A DNA stretch of 64,000 nucleotides from Rhizaria sp. SCN 62-66 (lineage: Eukaryota): positions 1 to 64,000 of the forward strand of contig MEDY01000188.1 of assembly GCA_001724265.1 (NCBI GenBank). Reading direction: 5' to 3'. This document shows, one piece after another, positions 11,201 through 24,600 of the stretch. The position numbers were made by a program, and so were the translations under genes. Below the pieces are notes generated by a model that worked only from the letters and a program-made list of their open reading frames with translations, made no database searches and was not told the DNA's origin. Position 1 is the first letter of the stretch. Every line of letters begins with the position of its first letter.

Positions 11201-14200
11201 CGCCCCAACGACAGCAAGGCGGACGCGCACGCGAATCCCACGCTGTGCGCGCTGCGGTACACCGCGCTGGGTGCCGTGGCGGATCTGCTGCTTGCGAGCC
11301 CCGTGTTTCTGGCGCAGCACGTCGCGCTCAAGGGTTTTGGAGACAACAAGATCCATACCATCACCCCCTCGAACGACGGCACGCTGAGCATTGCCTTCGA
11401 GCTCCTTGCCCGCCGCGAAGCAATCGACAAGAACTCAGATGCGATCGAGGCGCGCTTCGCGTCGACCGCGGTGCAGGCCGCGTCCGTACTCGCTGAGGTG
11501 CTGGGCTGCCCGCCGCCCGCCGCAACGGCCGCGGCCGCTCTGGCCACGGCCGACTCAGCGGCGTCGATGCTCGCGCGCCCTGGCTTCGCGGCCACGGCCG
11601 AGCTGGGCGTCAACATCCGTGACGCCGTCGTCACGCCCGTCCGCGCGATGCTGCGCATGGTCGCCTTCTGCTCTACCACGCTCGGCATCCGCGCGCCGGC
11701 GCCGCTGGAGCCGCCCGCGGCGCTGCTGCCACCCGGCGCGCTCTCGGGCGCTGACGTCGAGGACGAAGCCGCTGGCACCGCCGGCGACACGCTCCGCGCC
11801 GCGCGCGCGCTCGCCTTCGCTTCCTACGCCACGCTCGACGTCGGCGGCAAGCGGTCCGGCGACGACGCCGAGGCCGTCGCGGCCGCAGAGGCCGACACGG
11901 CCGACATTGCGACCGAGGGCGGTGTGCGCTGCGAGCTCCCGACACTACCCGCCCCCGCCGCGCCGGCGCCACTGACGCAGCTGTCCGTGCTTGCCCCCAT
12001 CGCGCGCTGGTGTGGCATGTCCGTCGGCGACGCCGCCACCGCCGGCCGCAGCAGTAGCCGCGGGCCCGCGCAGCAGATCCCTGCGCCCAGCGGGCGCGGC
12101 GGCGGTGGCGCCAATAAGGCTGCTGCTGCCGCCGCCGCCGCCGCTGCCGCCGAGGCCGCTGCCGCTGACGCCGCGGCCTCTGGGGCGGGCTCCGTGACGC
12201 AGTTGGTGCCGGCGGCCTTCGCCGAGTGGCTCGTCGACCACGCCACGCAGACGCGCCACCAGGCGCAGACGATGGTCAGGCTCTTCGCCGCGGCCACCGC
12301 GCCGTTTCCACGCGCGCTCGCCGCCGCGGTCGGCTGCTGCCCGCGCTCTGAGGCCGCCCTCGTCGCCGCGGCCACCGCGAACTACGGCAACCACCACCAC
12401 CACGGCGGGCACGGCGCCACCGCGGCCGCCGAGATCGCTGCCGCGGCCGTGCGCGGGGCCCGTATCGAGCGCCTCACAGCCGCCGCGGTGCGCCGCGCCG
12501 CGCTCGAGGCGCTGGTGGCGATGACGCGCGCGTACCACGCCGTGTTCTCGCTTACGCTCGCGGGCGACAGCTCCGACGAGCGGCCTGTGATGTACTGCAC
12601 CCAGCCGCGCGTGGCGGCAGTGACCACGGTCGCGTCGCAGGGCGCGGGCGGCGTGGTGCTGACCGAGGGCGCGGACCCGCTGGCCAAGCTCGCGTCCGAA
12701 ACGGCGCCGCCCGACGTGTTGTTCAACACCACGCTGGCGCTGTATCTGCCCGGCATGGCCGCGGCCGCCGTGCCCGCCGTCGCCGCGCTCGCCACGGCGC
12801 AGGCCCAGGGCGCGCCTGTGCGTCTGGGCGCTGGCGACGGCGTCATTTCTACCGTCTTGGCCACGGCCGCCGCGCTGCCGCTGCCCGGCTCCGCAGCAGA
12901 CTGCCTCGCTAACGTGCCGGGCGGGTTCTCGCCCGCGCAGCGCCGCGCGCTGGCCGCGTGCCTGGACCGCGCCGACGCCGCGGCCGTGCTGGGCGACTAC
13001 CTGTCGGCGCTGTCGGCGCTCGTCGCCGAGTCTGCGGCCGCGACCGAGGCGTCGGCGCAGCGCTCCAACTCGTTCCAGTTGCCCATCGTGTTCGCCACGC
13101 CGCTGGGGCTGCCGGTCCACGCCGCGCCTGCCGTGCTGGTGGCCGCGGCCGAGGCGCCGGGCCTCGTGGCGGTCTCAGAAGCGACGCCGCAGACGCAACT
13201 GCTCGACCTGCTGTCCGCGCTGCAGCTCACATTTTCCGCGCCCGCCGCCAACGCCGCCGCTCTTAACGCCGTCGCCGCGCAGCAGAGCGCGGGCAGCGCG
13301 CCGTTTGCCGCGCTGGCCGCGCGTGCCGCCGAGGGCGAAGGCGAGGCATCGGCGTCGGCGTCGCTGGTGCTGGCGGTGGCCGCGGTGCTTGACGCCGCTG
13401 CCGCCACGGTCGCGCAGTCCGACGTCGGCTCGCTGCTTCTCTCACTGCCCGCCGCCTGTGATCTCGTCGCCGCCGCCACGGCGCGCTGGGTGCTGGGCGC
13501 TGCAGTCATCGCGCCGCAGCTGCCCATCGGCGCGCCGTACTTACAGTCTGTGGCAGCCGACAGCGACCGTTCCTGCGACTGGGCCGTTGCGCCGGGCCCT
13601 GCCCGTGCGCGCGCGCTCGCCGCCTTGGCCACGCTGCTCGGCCTCGCGCCCTCGTCGTCGTCGTCGTCGCCATCCCGCACTGCGAACGCGAGCGGTAGCT
13701 ACGGCAGCGCGGTCACCGTGCACTCGAGCGCCGCGATGCTGGCCGCGGCCGCGAGCCCAGCCCAGGTGCTCGCGGCCGCGGGTCAGACCGCCAGCGGCCG
13801 CACGGTGTCACCGCTGCTGGGCGCCGTGATGCGCGCCGTCGGTGGGTGGATCACCGCGGACCGCGCAGCCGAGACCGTGGCCACAGTTGCCAACACGGCG
13901 GGCATCACTGCGTCGACCAAGCTCATCGACGCCGTCTCGGCCAAGGCGCGCGGCGACAGCAACTCGAGCCTGAGCCGCAGCCTCGGCGGCATCGCCGTGC
14001 AGACGGTTGCCGTCGCAACGAACGCGACGTTCCTGCCGCAGGGCGTGATCATGCCGGGCGGCGGCGCCAGCGGCGGCAGCATCAACACGACCAGCGGCGG
14101 CGACAGCCAGTCGCAGGACCCCGCGTTGGTGGCGCTTAACCCCGACGTGTGGGGCGTCGACATCATCAACATCAATAAAAGCCACGGCGCGAGTTCGGCG

Positions 14201-17200
14201 CACAGCGAGAGCCTCGCCGTCACCGCGCCGCGCGGCCTCGTCAACCTCGGCTCGACGTGCTACCTCAACTCGATGCTGCAGCAGCTGCTACATTCGCGCT
14301 CTTTCCTCCGCGTGCTCTTCGGCTACGACGCGCGCCACGTCATCACCGGCCGCGCGCTCGAGTACCGCATCTCCTCCGCGAGCGCGGCCGCGCCCGCGCC
14401 GCTGGCGCTGCCGCCCGCGACCGAGCTGCCTGTGGTGCCAGCGGCGCTCATCGCCAACACCCTGCTGTTCCAGCTCCAGGCGCTCGCGCTCAACGTCGCG
14501 CTGTCGCCCGTCACGGCCGTCACCGCGTACGGCGTGCTGGCCGCGCTGGCCTACGCCGACGACGCCACGCACGTTGAGCGCGAGCAGGAGTGGCACTGGG
14601 AGCGCTGGGCCGCGCTGCGCGGCGACCCCAGTATGTCGGACGCCAGCACGATCCCGCTGCCCAAGCGCAACGTTAACTTCAGCGCGCAGCAGGACGTGAC
14701 GGAGATCTACGCTAAACTGCTGGCCCAGCTCTCGGACGAGCTCTCGCACGCAGACCTGGCCATGCGCCACGCCTTCGGCAATGACGAGCGTCTCTCGCCC
14801 GCGGCCACCGCTGCGCAGGCCGCCGCCGCCGTCGCGGACGTGTGGGCGGGCGGCCAGTACGCCGCCGCGGGCACCGGGCGCGCGCGCGAGCGCGCCGGTC
14901 TGGTCAAGGCGTGCCTCGGCAACGGACTGGTGCGCGAGATGAGCTGCGGGCTGCAGCGGCGCTTGGTGCCCGCGCAGTGCCGCCACGTGCGCAGCAAGGA
15001 CGAGGGCGCTCAGTGGATGGTTTCACTCGAGACGACGCCCGCGCTCGCCGGCAGTGAAGCCACGGCCGCCGCGGCCGCCCGCATCGCCGCCGCTACGGGC
15101 GCCGGCGCCGCTGCTGCGGCCAGTGCTGCGACAGCCGCGGGGGCGAACACCGTGCGCGCCGCTGCGGCCGCGGCCGCCGCGGCCAACACGCCCGACTCGA
15201 TCGTTACGTGCCTGAGCGCCTTCTGCTCGCAGTCGATGCTCTCCGGCGAGAACGCGCTCTCGTGCCCCGCCTGCCAGCGCCTCACCAACGCGCAGGCCGC
15301 GTCGGCCGCCTCGGCTGCCATCAGTACCAAGGCCGACACCCTGTCCGAGTACCAGCTCTCTCGGCTGCCGCGCTCGCTGCTCGCGCTGCACCTGAAACGC
15401 TGGGAGTACAACATGGCCATGAAAAGCTCCCTCAAGGTCTCCACGTGGACGCGCCTGCCTGACGTGCTGTCGGCCAACTGCGCCAGCGGCGCCGAGAGCG
15501 ACGCCATGAGCGGCGGCGCGCACCGCCTGCACTGGACCGAGGGCCGCGCCGCCGCGGGCAACAGCGTCGGCGGCGTCGGTAGGAGGCGTGTTGGCAGGGG
15601 CCGCGTCGCGAGCTACAGCGACTACACACCCAACGGCAACGACTGCGGCTGCCGCGGCCACGCGCTGTCGGGCGTGCTCGTGCACGTCGGCTCCGCTGGC
15701 GCTGGCCACTACTTCTCTTTCGTGCGCGACCGCGGCGCGCTGTCGCTGCTCACCGGCACCGTCGACGGCGCTGCCCCCGGCGCGGGCTCCGGCGCCGGCG
15801 CGGGCTGCGGCGGTGGCGGCACTGGTGCCAGTGGCGAGCGCTGGTGGCGCTGCGACGACGCCGCTGTGACCCCACTGGACCGCGCCGCGCTGTCCGCCGA
15901 GTCGTTCGGCATCCTGCCCTCGCTCACCGCCGGCGACATCGCGGTGCCCAGTGGGACCCCGTCGGCGTACATGGCCATGTACGAGCGCCAGCACGAACCC
16001 AACTGCCCGCAGCGCTGCGGCAGCGCCGCGATGGGCGAGTCCGGCCCGATCACCGTGCCCGCCTACTTGCACCAGCTGCAGGCGCGGCTGCACGCGGCGC
16101 GGCGCTCGCTGGCGCGCCTGTCGCTCACCACGGACCCCGCGATGCGGGCCTTCGTGCTCGCTGCAGTGGCCACCGCGGCGACGACCGTGGCGGCTAGCGG
16201 CGGCGGCTCTCCCACCAGCAGCTTCAGCCTCAGCGCCGCGCAGACTCCTGCGCACAGCAACAACCTCGACGGCCTCGACAGCGCCGCACCCGCGCTCGCG
16301 ATGAGCGCGACGGCGTTCGAGGGCGTGGCCGCCGCGGTCAACTACACCGTGCACGTGCTCGCGCGCTCCCCACTGGCGCTGCTGCCGCAGGCTAACGAGC
16401 GCGAAAGCGTCTTCTCGGCCTGGGCCGACCTCTGCCGCGGCATGCTCGCCGCGCTCCCGCTGCCCGCCGCGCTGATCATCAGCCCCAGCACTAACGGCGC
16501 GCCACAGCAACAGCAGCAGCAGCCGCAGCAGCCGTCGCCCGCAGCCCGCCTGCGCCAGTCGCTGCCGGCGCTCTTCTCGCCGCACTTCCTGGCCTACGCG
16601 GCGACGACTGCGCCGCCCGCAGTGATGAGCGAGATCGTCTCGCTCTCGCGCGCGCTCGCCGGTTCGCTGCTCGTGGCGCCCGCGGCCGTATGCAACGCGC
16701 CCGACGTGCGCCGCTTCACGGCCGCGTCGTGCCTCCAGTTCGCGCTGCAGAACTCGCCCGCCACAGCGGCGTCGCGCGACTACAACAGCCCGGCCGTGAG
16801 CGCGGCCGCGAACGAGGGCCAGCAGATCGCCGCGATGCTAGCCTGCGTCGTGGCTTGGGTCGACGCCTGGTTGGGCTTCCTCGCGCTCTACGCGCACCAC
16901 ACCTCTGGCGCCGGCAACGCCGACTCCGTGTCCACGGGCGCGTCCCCCACCGCGGCCGCGGCCGCGACGGTCGAGACGCTGACCCCGCTGCTGCCGCTGC
17001 CGCTGCGCTTCGCCGAGTCCGCGACTGGCGCGGCGACGCAGGTGACCGTGGGGCTGGCTTCGCCCGTCGCCGCTCTGCTGCACCTCTTGCTCGCCCCGCC
17101 GCAGCCGCCCGTGCCGGTGTCGGGCGCGGCTGTCGCACTGGCCGCGGGCGGTTTCGCCGCTGGCGGCTTCGCCAACGCCGGCGAGGGCGGCTGTCTGTCC

Positions 17201-19207
17201 CCCGTCGCCGTACTCTTGGCGACTCTCGTGGCGCGCGGCGCGGCCTCGGTTGGGCTCGCGCTGCTGTCTTCCTTCACGCGCTCCTCTGCGTTCCTGGCCA
17301 CGCACCCCGACAGCGCGGCCGTGGCTGCCGCGACTCTGCTGCCCGACGGCTACAGCCTCGCGCAGACGCTCGCGTGGGACCCGTTGACGGCGCCGCTGCA
17401 GTCGGCGGCGCTGCTGCACGACGTGCTCACCGCGCCGCTGCGCCCCGCGGTCGTGTCGGGCGCCGCGTGGGACAGCGCGCACGCGCGCGAGGCGCCGCTG
17501 CCCGCGTGGCTGCGGCGCGCGCTGCGCCAATCGCCCTCGAGCCGTCTCGCCACCATCAAGAACGGGCTGCGGCTCGCCATGAACGGCAGCGTGCGCAACC
17601 CGCCGCCCGTGCTCTGCGCCATGGCTGCCGCCGCCACAGCCAACAGCTCCGAGTTCGTGCACGTGCAGGCGAGCGGCGGCGGCGCAGGCTCCGCCGAGAG
17701 TGGCGTCGAGACGGTCGAGTTCGCGCAGCAGCAGCACGTTGCGACGCTCCTGATGCTCGCCAACGCCGCCGCGGCCACGGCCGCCGCCGCCGCGGTCACG
17801 GCGACGACTGGCGCGCTCATGGCCGTGTCGTCGTCGGTCCACAGCCTGTACGCGCCCGCGATCGCGCTCCTGGCAGCTAACGTCCCCGCTGGAGCGGGCG
17901 CGAGCGTGGATGCGGCGATGAACGTCCCGTTCGGCCCGACGCTGGTCAGCGCGCTGGCCCCACTGGCCTCGTACAAGGCGCTGACGACGCTCGCGTTGGC
18001 GGCCGTGCCCGCGACCGTGAGCATAAGCAGCTACGCTAGCCTCAACGCGTACCGCGCCGCGACGGACCAGACGGCCGCCACGCGTGCGCTGCTGGCGTCG
18101 TCGACCTTGTCGACCGGCGAGGGCGGCCTCGCGCTGCCGCCCGCGGTCACGGTGACAGGCGTGCTCCGCGCCAGCACGGCGACGCTGCTCGCCACGGCCG
18201 CCGCCGAGGCCACCGCCGTCGTCATCTCCTGCGCCGCCGCGGCCGCGGGCCCCGTGCCGAGCGCGCAGTCGCCCAACGCGGGCGGCGGCGGCCGACTGGT
18301 GATGCTCGCCAGCGGCAGCGCGTGTGCGCTCAGCCAGGCCGCGTGGGGGCTGGCGCGCACCGTCGGCGCGCTCGCCGCGCTTGCTAACAGCGCGCACAGC
18401 AGCGGCGCGCTGCCACTACCCTTCGTGCCCGCGATGCCCGCGCAGATGCTCGCGTTCGCGCCTGCCGTGGCCCTCGCCGCCGCAGCCGCGAGCGCGGTGA
18501 CGCCCAACCACGGCAACGGCACGGGTACGGCCTTCGCCGCCGTGAGTTTCGCCGTCGCCGCCGCCGAGGCCGCCTCGGCGACCGCCGCCGCGTCCGGCGC
18601 CACCGCGAGCGCACACGCGCTGTCTGCGGCGGCGGCGACTGTGGCCGACGGGCTCTGGGGCGCGGTCGCGACTGCTCTCTGCGGCGACCACGGCTCGGCG
18701 GCCGCGTCCCTCGTCGCGTCGCTGGCGCTCCGCATGACGCGCCTGGCCTCGCTGTCCCCGACTGCGGCCGTCGCGGCGGGCACCGCGGGCACTGCCGACG
18801 CGGCCGCGCCCGCCGCGCTGCTCCTCGGCGGTGTCGCGCTGCCCGGTGGCGCCGCGCTGGCCGCCGCCGCCGCGCGCGCCGCCGCCGTCGCCGCAGGACC
18901 CACGACCGTGATGACGCGCGCGCTCGAGGCCACGGGCGCGGGCGCCGAGCGCGGGCTCGCCAAGACCGTCACGGTTCGCGAGCTGCAGCCCACGCACGTG
19001 GCCGTGGCGGCCGCCAAGAACGCGGCGCGTCAGGTCATGCTGGCGCTGGAGCAGACGCCCAACGATGTCGTCTACGTCCACACGGAGGCCGGCGCGGTCG
19101 CGGGCCCCGCGGGCGGCGGCGGCGGCGGCAAGCAGCAGCTGATGCAGACAGAGGCGCTGACGGAACCGCTCAGCAACGTCTGGGGCCGCATCGCCGACAC
19201 GCATTAA
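2259..19207 (+). CDS. Giant (~5,592 aa) ubiquitin-specific protease (peptidase C19; USP9/24/34-like size), 2 exons, 2 in-frame TAG codons
   Basis: join(2259..6322,6493..19207). Intron 6323-6492 (GTACGT...CGCAG, phase 2) restores the frame. Track ORFs 6602-7516, 7544-10447 and 10481-19207 share one frame and are separated only by TAG 7514-7516 and TAG 10445-10447. Final stop is TAA. USP Cys box GLVNLGSTCYLNS, QQDVTE, His box VHVGSAGAGHYFSFVR, WWRCDD and SAYMAMYER are all present. Confidence 0.85.
14234..15990 (+). other. USP catalytic domain within the giant protease
   Basis: Catalytic Cys codon 14258-14260, His codon 15707-15709, Asp in WWRCDD (15842-15859). Zn-ribbon cysteines in SCGLQ...QCRH and CPAC. 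The boxes are separated by poly-Ala/Gly insertions. Confidence 0.9.
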
Positions 19208-19903
19208 ATTAAATATACATGTACAAGGCGTGCCGAGCAATGGCCGCAGACGCTTGCTGTTGCTGTGTCAAAGATTATCCAGTATTGCTTGTTTCATTTC
19301 CTGCAGCGTTTGAGTTGTAGTGTCTTAGCTTTTTAATGTGTTCTGTTTTTATGTTTGGTTGCTTATATAATTCCACTTTTACTTAGACATGTGTTTTGTT
19401 CTGTTCCTGTTAAGTTCGAATCAATTGGCTCGTTGTAGCATGTCGCCTGGGTGTAGGTGATGATCGCAACTCGCTCAACATTCGAAATCTATGTTTCAAA
19501 AAACGAGAATATCTCGATATACCCCTTTTTTTCTCGTGTGCTTTCTAGTTTCTAGTTCTCATTTTACGTCCTGTATGAGTCAGACACTGCTTAACGTGCA
19601 CACTAAATACAATATTATCAATTTAATACGCTCCACGGCAACAAATACACACAATCTCGTGCATTAAGGTTTGAATGATTAGTTTTTATGAAGATATTTC
19701 GAATTTAGTAAAATTATAGACTAATGTAACACGATTTCCACTATCTGTCTCCATCTCATAGATCATAGCAACGCAATTGGTTGTCTTGCCTTTGTGACGA
19801 CATGAAATCACGACAACAGATATCAATCCTTCCTAGCATTATAAAATAGTTCCGATACATTGTGCGTACATCTCGTTGCTTGCACTGCTGCGTTAGGTCA
19901 CTG

Positions 19904-19936
19904 AGAGCAGGCCACTTAGAGCAGGCCACTTAGAGC
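19904..19936. repeat. 14-bp direct tandem duplication (AGAGCAGGCCACTT x2 + AGAGC) overlapping the stop of the minus-strand membrane-protein gene
   Basis: Exact copies at 19904-19917 and 19918-19931. Confidence 0.9.
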
Positions 19937-20778
19937 TTGACATACGAAGGGTAGCAGCACTCGTGGCAGGCGCCACACATGTCTAGGCAGCACTCCTTGA
20001 TGGGGTAAAACACCCACTTGAAGAAGCGCCACAGCATGCGGAACGGCCAAACAATGATGCGCCACGTCCACTCGCAGCACACCTGCAGTTGGGAGAAATA
20101 AAAGAAAGCAGTCAGGGAGCAGTGGGTGAGCATGGTCACAGTGAAACAGCTAAACGCGACATCATGATTAAGACACTTGAGTCAACAACAAAATGGAAAA
20201 CACAAAATCCACGTTTCAGTAGTAAGGAGTAAGGTATGTCGAGGTAAAATTTGGTGAAGCTAGGACGTACCTCGAGGCAGTGAATGCAGATTGGGAGCTT
20301 GTCGCGGAAAATGTAGCACAGGAAGATGATAATGGCGAGCACCAGGAACAGGATAATAAACGGCAGGTACTGCATGAAGAGGTCCATTGAGCTTTCCTTG
20401 CGCGGGGGCGGGTACACAGGCTGCGGCTGCGGCTGCGGCTTGTCGTCGGCGGTCGCGGTGACTGTTGCAGTAGTGGTGAAGGTGGCGGTTGTGGTGCTCT
20501 CTGCGGAGGCCTCCAGCTCAAGGAAAACAGGCGGACTCACGGAAGAAGCAGCGGCAACGGCAGAAGAAAGCCGCTGAATCTGTGAGGAAGGTGGCGCGGT
20601 GGCCAGCGTAGCTGTGGTGTAGTAGGACAGAGCAGGATAGCAGGACCGAAAGGGTGAGAGCAAAGGGAGGCAAAGGGGGCAGATTCGAAAGCAGATGTAG
20701 AGGGCTAGAAGACGTACACAAAGGTGTAAGCACCAAAAGTGCCACAAGCGTCACCAAAAACCAAAGGAATGCCTTCAT
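19930..20778 (-). CDS. Small (184 aa) type I membrane protein: signal peptide, Thr/Pro-rich ectodomain, TM helix, Cys-rich tail
   Basis: complement join(20718..20778,20271..20611,19930..20082). Introns 20612-20717 and 20083-20270 are both GTACGT...CAG. Protein: MKAFLWFLVTLVALLVLTPL..STTTATFTTTATVTAT..KPQPQPQP..YLPFIILFLVLAIIIFLCYIF..CIHCLEVCCEW..ECCLDMCGACHECCYPSYVKL, ending TAA. Confidence 0.75.
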
Positions 20779-21654
20779 TTTTGGAAAACTTACGGTGAAT
20801 ACCCAACGAACTCAATGTCTCGTTTTCCTCGTCACCAACCATGCCCGACTAACCATCGCATTTTTTCGGTCCATCATGCTCTACTCGCTAAAGGTATATG
20901 TTCAGATATAGAACAAAGTTATATCAATGCAATTATTTGATATGATGTTCCTTCGCGTGGGATAAACATATCTAGTGAACTATCGTACGTTTAAATGACA
21001 TTATTATCCAAAAAACTCATTTTCAGTTGGATGAACGACGTGTTCCCGAAGTGACTTAGATGTATATAATCAAGAAACTGCTTAAAATAAGGTTTGTTAC
21101 TATTGTCAATGTTTGGCAAATACCTTACCTAAATGAATAAGTAAAATGGATCGGTCTAGTGCCATTGCAACACGAAACATGCTTGTGATGCATCTTGTGA
21201 TGAACTCGAAGTAATGTTAAAGATAAATCATAGAGAAAAAAGTAGTGACATATAGCATGTAACGCAATGATTACATTTAAGATCTACGGGCAAACCTCAA
21301 TACTACCAACATTAACGTCGAAATATCTCTTATTTTGTAGTTTTCCAAGGAGGCGTGCGCCCTTGGTGGCGCGTGGCTGGGGGCTGTCGCACTCGCAGAA
21401 GCTGGAGACGAAGGGGTTAGGCAGATATTTCATTCCCCGCATATCCTCATCGTCATCATCCTGCTGTTGCACGGTTTGTAGATTTTATTATTTGTTTGCT
21501 AATCATGAAAATACTTTGAGCACGTGAAACGGCTTTCTACATCCTGTTATTCATTCTCGCTTTTCCACTCTCACCCTTCTCGCATCCGTCTACGTCACCC
21601 CTTGCTCAACCCATGCCCCCGCATGTCCATCATCGGTTTACCACTTCTAGACCA

Positions 21655-24600
21655 ATGAGCGTTCGCACCACGTTTCGCTCCGTTTCCTCCAAGCAGTACA
21701 AGGACTGGGTCTACCGCCTGTCGGGCCTGCGCGTCGCCGGCTCCCCTGCGGCCGTCCCTGTCAACGGCGTGGCCAGCTCGGCCGTCTTCACCGCCACCCC
21801 GGGCCCCACGCGCGGCACCGTGGCCGTGCTGCCGACTGACTTTGCGCAGTTTAACCGCGACGCCGCGCTGCCTGTGTTCGCGGCCCACGGCGGCGAGATC
21901 GCGGACTTGGCTTTCTCGCCCCACAGCGACTACCTGCTCGCCACCGTCGCCAAGGACGACACCGTCAAGGCCTTCGCGCTCACCACCGCAGCCGACAGCG
22001 GGATCACGGGCACGCTATACGCCTCCGCAGGCAACCTTCCTGGTGCGCAATGCCTTGCTTGGCACCCCACGGTGCGCGGGCTGCTCGCCGTCGGCTTCCG
22101 CGACGGTATTGCGCTCGTCTCGCTCGACACCGACGCCGAGGGCGCTTTCCCGCTCGCAGACGGCCACGCCGCCAAGCAGGCGGTCGAGGGTCGCGCGCTC
22201 TTTACCTTCGCGGCGCGCGAGGTCGTCACGCTGTCCTGGTCCGACGACGGCGCGCTGCTCGCCGCCACGGCCAAGGACGGCGCCGCCTATTGCTTCGATC
22301 CCCGCGCAACGGCCCCTGACGCGCTGGCCCCGCAAGACTTGGGCCGCATCAAGACGGCTTCGTGCGTCGTTGTCACCGGCTCCATCGCCGCCAAGACCGC
22401 ACAGCTGCTCGTTCTCGGCCTGGGCAACGCGCGCAAGCCCTGCTACGCGTTCTACGCCGTCTCGATCAACCCCGAGTCCGGCAGCTACAACGTCGTGAGC
22501 CCCACGAGTTCCAGCGCGGGCGACCTGCCGCTGTCGGCGGGCCAGCTCCTCGCCGCGCTGGACCGCGACGCCGCGCTGCTGTACGTCACCACGCGCTCCT
22601 CACAGACGGTCACCGTGGTGGATGTGCAGGCTGAGCGCAGCGGCCCGCAGAGCACGCTCACGCAAACCTTTTTCCCGCTGCAGATGCCCGTGACGCTGGC
22701 GTCGGCCACCAAGGGTTTCGCGCTGCTGCCCAAGCGTCTGCTGGCCGTTGCTGACTGCGAGGTGGCGCGCCTGGCGTCACACTCGGGTGAGAGCATCGAG
22801 CTCTACGCTATGTCCGCGGTCCGCAAGCAGCGCGGGTGGTACCCCGAGCTGTTCCCCGACACGCCCGCGCTGGCCGCCAGCAACACGCTCGACGACTGGG
22901 CCGAGGGCAAGGACCGCGCGCCCGCGGTGATGACGCTCGAGCCCGGCGCCGCGGCCTTTGCGGCCCAGGTCGCCAAGTTCGCAGCTGGCGCCACTACCGG
23001 CGCGGTCGCCACGGGCCGCGTCGCCACTGCCGGCGCCTCCCCCTCCGCGTCTGGCGCCGCTGCGGGCACCATGAGCAGCGAAGCAATCGCGGCCGCCGCC
23101 GCCGCCGCCGAGGCCGCGGCCAAGGCCGCCGCCGCCGCCGAGGCCGAGGCCGCGCGCCACGCGGCGCTGTCGTTCCAGTCGCAGGCGCGCGACGCCGTCA
23201 CGGCGCGGCTCGCGCGCTCGCATTTAGTCCACACGAGCGGTAACGAGGGCAGCACGAACAAGGACCACTACACGTACCAGATGAAGCCCGTGCAGCAGCT
23301 GCCCATGGGCCGCACGCTCGCCGCGGGCGCGCGCTTCTGGGCCCTGCCGCTGCAGGTCTCCGGCGGCGCAGCCGTGTACGTGCGTCCCCACACCACCGTG
23401 GGCCGCGTGCCCAACGACGTGACCGCGGTCCGCTCGCACCAGGTACGGCGAATGATAAGAAACTTGAGATGCCTCGCTTGAACATGTGTATCATGGAAAT
23501 ATATTTTGGGAATAATATTTTTGTAGCAAATTTGTATCTTAATATGGAAGTTTAAGTCTAATGTGTGAATATCTATCTCTGTTTTTGTTGCTATTCTTTA
23601 GGCTGCTCTGACTGCACTCGAGTTCAGTCCCTTCGACCACCAGCAGCTGTGCACGGCCTCCGAGGACGGCACAGTCAAGGTGCACCAACTGCCCGCCGTC
23701 GCCGCCTTCGACGCCGCCAGCGGCGAGCTGCCCAGTGACATCGCAAGCGCGGAGTGGACCTTCTCCGCCAACGGGTCCCGCGTGTACTGGTGCAAGTACC
23801 ACCCGTACATTCCGGACGTGATCTTCGCGTTCCTCTTCTCCCCCACGGCGGGCGACGAGGTCGCGCTGTACCGCGTCCCCAAGGGCACCGAGGGTCAGTC
23901 CAACGACGAGCTCGCCACCGTGTACAGCGGGCTCACCGAGCAGCGCGTGCAGGACTGCGACTTTTCCCCCGACGGCGCCACCGCCGCGCTCGCTGCGCGT
24001 GACAACACCGTGACCTTCGTCTCCTTCCCCTCGGGCCGCGTGCTGGGCCGGTACGCGCCGCCGCAACACACCAAGGAGCTGCTCGTGCGCTTCGTCGACG
24101 CAGACCACATCGTCACCGTCGGCTTCGCGCGCGGCACTGAGCGCTGCGCGTACGTTCTAGGAGCCTCATTTGACATCAGCAATGATATTAAATAGTCTCA
24201 TGTGCTGTTTTTGCAGTGCGCGAATATGTATTTGTGTAACCCTAATCGCCAATCTAATGTGCTTCTAAACCCTTCGTGTTATTTCTGTTCTGAACCTTTT
24301 TCTTGTCGTCACGCACAGGTCGCTGATTAACGTGACCAAGGCCCTCGAGGGCGCGAGCGACGCCGTGTTGGCGACTGTGCCGATCCCCAACGTCTCGACG
24401 CCTGTGGTGCACTTCGACCCCGCAACGCACCTGCTCATCGTCGGCGGCGTCGGCAGCTCGACCTTCACGATCGTCCACGTGCACCGCTTCCAGGCGCCGC
24501 ACCTCGACGTGCTGTCCAACTTCACGTCGCGTGCCGACGTCGTGGGCTCCGCCGCGCTGCCCAAGCGCGACGTTGACGTGCGCGAGGTCGAGATGCTCCG

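Noticed and set aside
19405-19430. GTTCGAATC resembling a tRNA T-loop (checked while looking for a tRNA-CUA)
   Set aside because: No T-stem, acceptor stem or D-arm can be formed. No tRNA gene was found in the window.
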